DNA of 64,000 nt from contig JANYBV010000038.1 in assembly GCA_025360605.1 (NCBI GenBank), positions 12,449 to 76,448 of the forward strand. Reading direction: 5' to 3'. The notes beneath the pieces were generated by a model, which did no database searches, was not told the origin of the DNA, and was given only the letters and a program-made list of their open reading frames with translations. This DNA is from Alphaproteobacteria bacterium. GTDB taxonomy: Bacteria > Pseudomonadota > Alphaproteobacteria > Rickettsiales > SXRF01. This document shows, in pieces, positions 62,179-64,000 of the stretch; the stretch's first letter is position 1; every line of letters starts with the position of its first letter. The position numbers were made by a program, and so were the translations under genes.

Positions 62179-64000
62179 ATGGCCGATGCTTTCTCAGGCA
62201 ATGCAGAACATGTGGGGCCGGATTTAGCTGCACAGGGTGTGCGTTACGGTATTTCGATAGGCCGCCGCGCACCGATGCATAAAATGCATGTGGATTGCCT
62301 GCGCGAGATTAAAGAAGCAGGGCTTGAACCCGTCGTATTCATCGGCTCCACCAACGACGCTCAGAGCGCGTTTTATGATCCCGTTCGCAATCCCCTGACC
62401 GTAGACCAGCAAAAAGAACAGCTGCGCATTGCCGCACCGGATGTGTATAACGAAAAACATATCCTGACACTCCCCGATCAGGGGGATTCCGAACTATGGT
62501 TCAATAGTTTTTTTACAATGATTAAGGGCACTGATTTTGAAGATAAATCGGTGGTTCATTATCGTTCCAAAGCCGCCGACGCACCTCAGGCCGGAGGAAA
62601 AATAAACCCCCTTAGTTCCTATATGAGCAAGTTTATCTCTCACGGCGTACCCGCATGGGAATCGTTTAACAGCGATCCCGCCGATGACAGCATCCACGCC
62701 AGCGATCTGCGCAAGGTTGACCTTGGACACATGGACACTACGCAACGCGAGTTATTTGCCGCACCCGATTATATTGCCTCCATCGCTAAAGAAGCACGCG
62801 AAAGCAATCCTGACCGCGCGTTACTGGATGAGGCGCATGTTCCTGTCAGCGTACTCGACCTGACGCTTGACCGCCTGCGCAAGGAAGCTGACATTTCCAC
62901 CGCAGACATTATGCAACACGTAACCGACGCACAGCAGACCCCTGATCTGGACACGCTCGCCGATGCCGCGAGCACGCTGAACAAACAACGACTACAACCA
63001 CGAGGTGTTATGCCCGCTCCTGAAAATTCATTTCAGCTTAAAATTGCCTCCGCAAGCTGTAACCAGACCGGTGGGGACTGGCCGCGTAACGTTAAAAATA
63101 TTTGTAAAGCCATTGATAGGGCCGTTGCCGACGGGGCCGATATCCTTGCACTCGAAGAGCTGGGACTCACAGGCTATGAGCGCGGTGATGATTTCTACTA
63201 TTCCGACAACATGAAAACGCGAGAAATGCTGGAAACCATTGCTGCCTACGCTGCCAGCAAAGATCCCAATCTGGTCATTTCCATCGGTCATCCATGGTTT
63301 TTTGCGGACAAATCTATCCCCGATCAGGATGAACGCCGCAAAAATCCGATCTATAACCGCATCAACAATAACTTCAACACACAGTCATTGCTGGCAGGCG
63401 GCGAGATTGTTTCCATGTCGGACAAGCGTTACCTGTTCAATTATGAACGCGGCTATGAAAAGCGTCATTTTGAAGAATGGAGCGATGCCCACGCCAACCA
63501 ATATGAAAATGAGCATGGCAAAGGCCGTGACGGTACGATCATGGTCGAGTTACCGGAAATCCGCTACCCGGATGGCACTTCCCTGCCCAAGAAAGTCATC
63601 CCGTTTGGTAGTCCGGTTGTGCAAATCGGCGAAGGTGAGAAAAAAGCCAACCTGTATCACATGATCTGTGAAGAATACTGGATCGGCTCACGCTATGACG
63701 GTTCGGCCGATAATAAGGATTATGAGCGTGATAATGCGCTGCCGCAAAAGGCGAGAGACTTCGATATCTCGGTGACCATCAACCCGAACGCCAGCCCGCC
63801 GGTCGCCAATAAAATCGATAAACATTACGAGCTGTGCAAACTGGCTTCCAACCATTGCGGTGTCATCGTGCATACTGACGGCCTCGGCAGCTCCGGCTCC
63901 ACCTTTGCCCAATTCGGCAGCCGCCTTATGGCGCAAAACGGCGAAATCATTTCAGAAGGTGTCCGCAATAGCTTTGAGGACGTGGCCTATACCAGCCAAA
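62179..64000 (+). CDS. NadM/archaeal-type nucleotidyltransferase domain fused to glutamine-dependent NAD synthetase (NadE); C-terminus beyond window end
   Basis: Hand translation from ATG 62179 shows no stop to the window end (607 codons), so the ORF is absent from the track. N-terminal part: GISIGRRAPMHKMHVDCLREI...VVFIGSTND...NPLTVDQQKEQL (NMNAT-like). From about aa 278: FQLKIASASCNQTGGDWPRNVKNICKAIDRAVADGADILALEELGLTGY, SDKRYLFNYERGYEKRHF and HMICEEYW (CN-hydrolase Glu/Lys/Cys of the NadE glutaminase domain). Confidence 0.75.
   Translation, partial: MADAFSGNAEHVGPDLAAQGVRYGISIGRRAPMHKMHVDCLREIKEAGLEPVVFIGSTNDAQSAFYDPVRNPLTVDQQKEQLRIAAPDVYNEKHILTLPDQGDSELWFNSFFTMIKGTDFEDKSVVHYRSKAADAPQAGGKINPLSSYMSKFISHGVPAWESFNSDPADDSIHASDLRKVDLGHMDTTQRELFAAPDYIASIAKEARESNPDRALLDEAHVPVSVLDLTLDRLRKEADISTADIMQHVTDAQQTPDLDTLADAASTLNKQRLQPRGVMPAPENSFQLKIASASCNQTGGDWPRNVKNICKAIDRAVADGADILALEELGLTGYERGDDFYYSDNMKTREMLETIAAYAASKDPNLVISIGHPWFFADKSIPDQDERRKNPIYNRINNNFNTQSLLAGGEIVSMSDKRYLFNYERGYEKRHFEEWSDAHANQYENEHGKGRDGTIMVELPEIRYPDGTSLPKKVIPFGSPVVQIGEGEKKANLYHMICEEYWIGSRYDGSADNKDYERDNALPQKARDFDISVTINPNASPPVANKIDKHYELCKLASNHCGVIVHTDGLGSSGSTFAQFGSRLMAQNGEIISEGVRNSFEDVAYTSQ

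Overview
This window looks like chromosome from an alphaproteobacterium-like genome. All family calls come from motif recognition by eye; no searches were run. The housekeeping backbone consists of tRNA-Trp-secE-nusG-rplKAJL-rpoBC, dnaK-dnaJ-dapB, rplU-rpmA, rpmE, rpsF-rpsR-membrane protein-rplI-dnaB-alr, fabD/fabG and ubiD. Eight accessory blocks interrupt it. (1) At 1-6.4 kb lies the first half of an aryl-polyene-type (APE-like) type II PKS/lipid operon with an Sfp-type PPTase. It is followed by 5'-truncated terminase and recombinase fragments downstream of tRNA-Met, which looks like a decayed integrative element. (2) A 980-aa coiled-coil protein with one C-terminal TM segment. (3) An MdtA-like efflux adaptor with no pump gene. 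(4) An AT-richer ORF wedged between fabD and fabG. (5) An orphan two-gene module (60-aa acidic protein plus 325-aa protein) divergent from a GIY-YIG nuclease gene. (6) A tight four-gene operon: periplasmic protein, TonB-dependent receptor, histidine kinase, REC-GHKL regulator. (7) An ankyrin-subtilase autotransporter. (8) A nicotinamide-to-NAD salvage cluster: a divergent Prs-like gene, an oversized PncB-like gene, a PncA-like gene with a large insertion, and an apparent NadM-like adenylyltransferase::NadE fusion that runs off the right edge. I saw no rRNA, CRISPR array or intact IS element.
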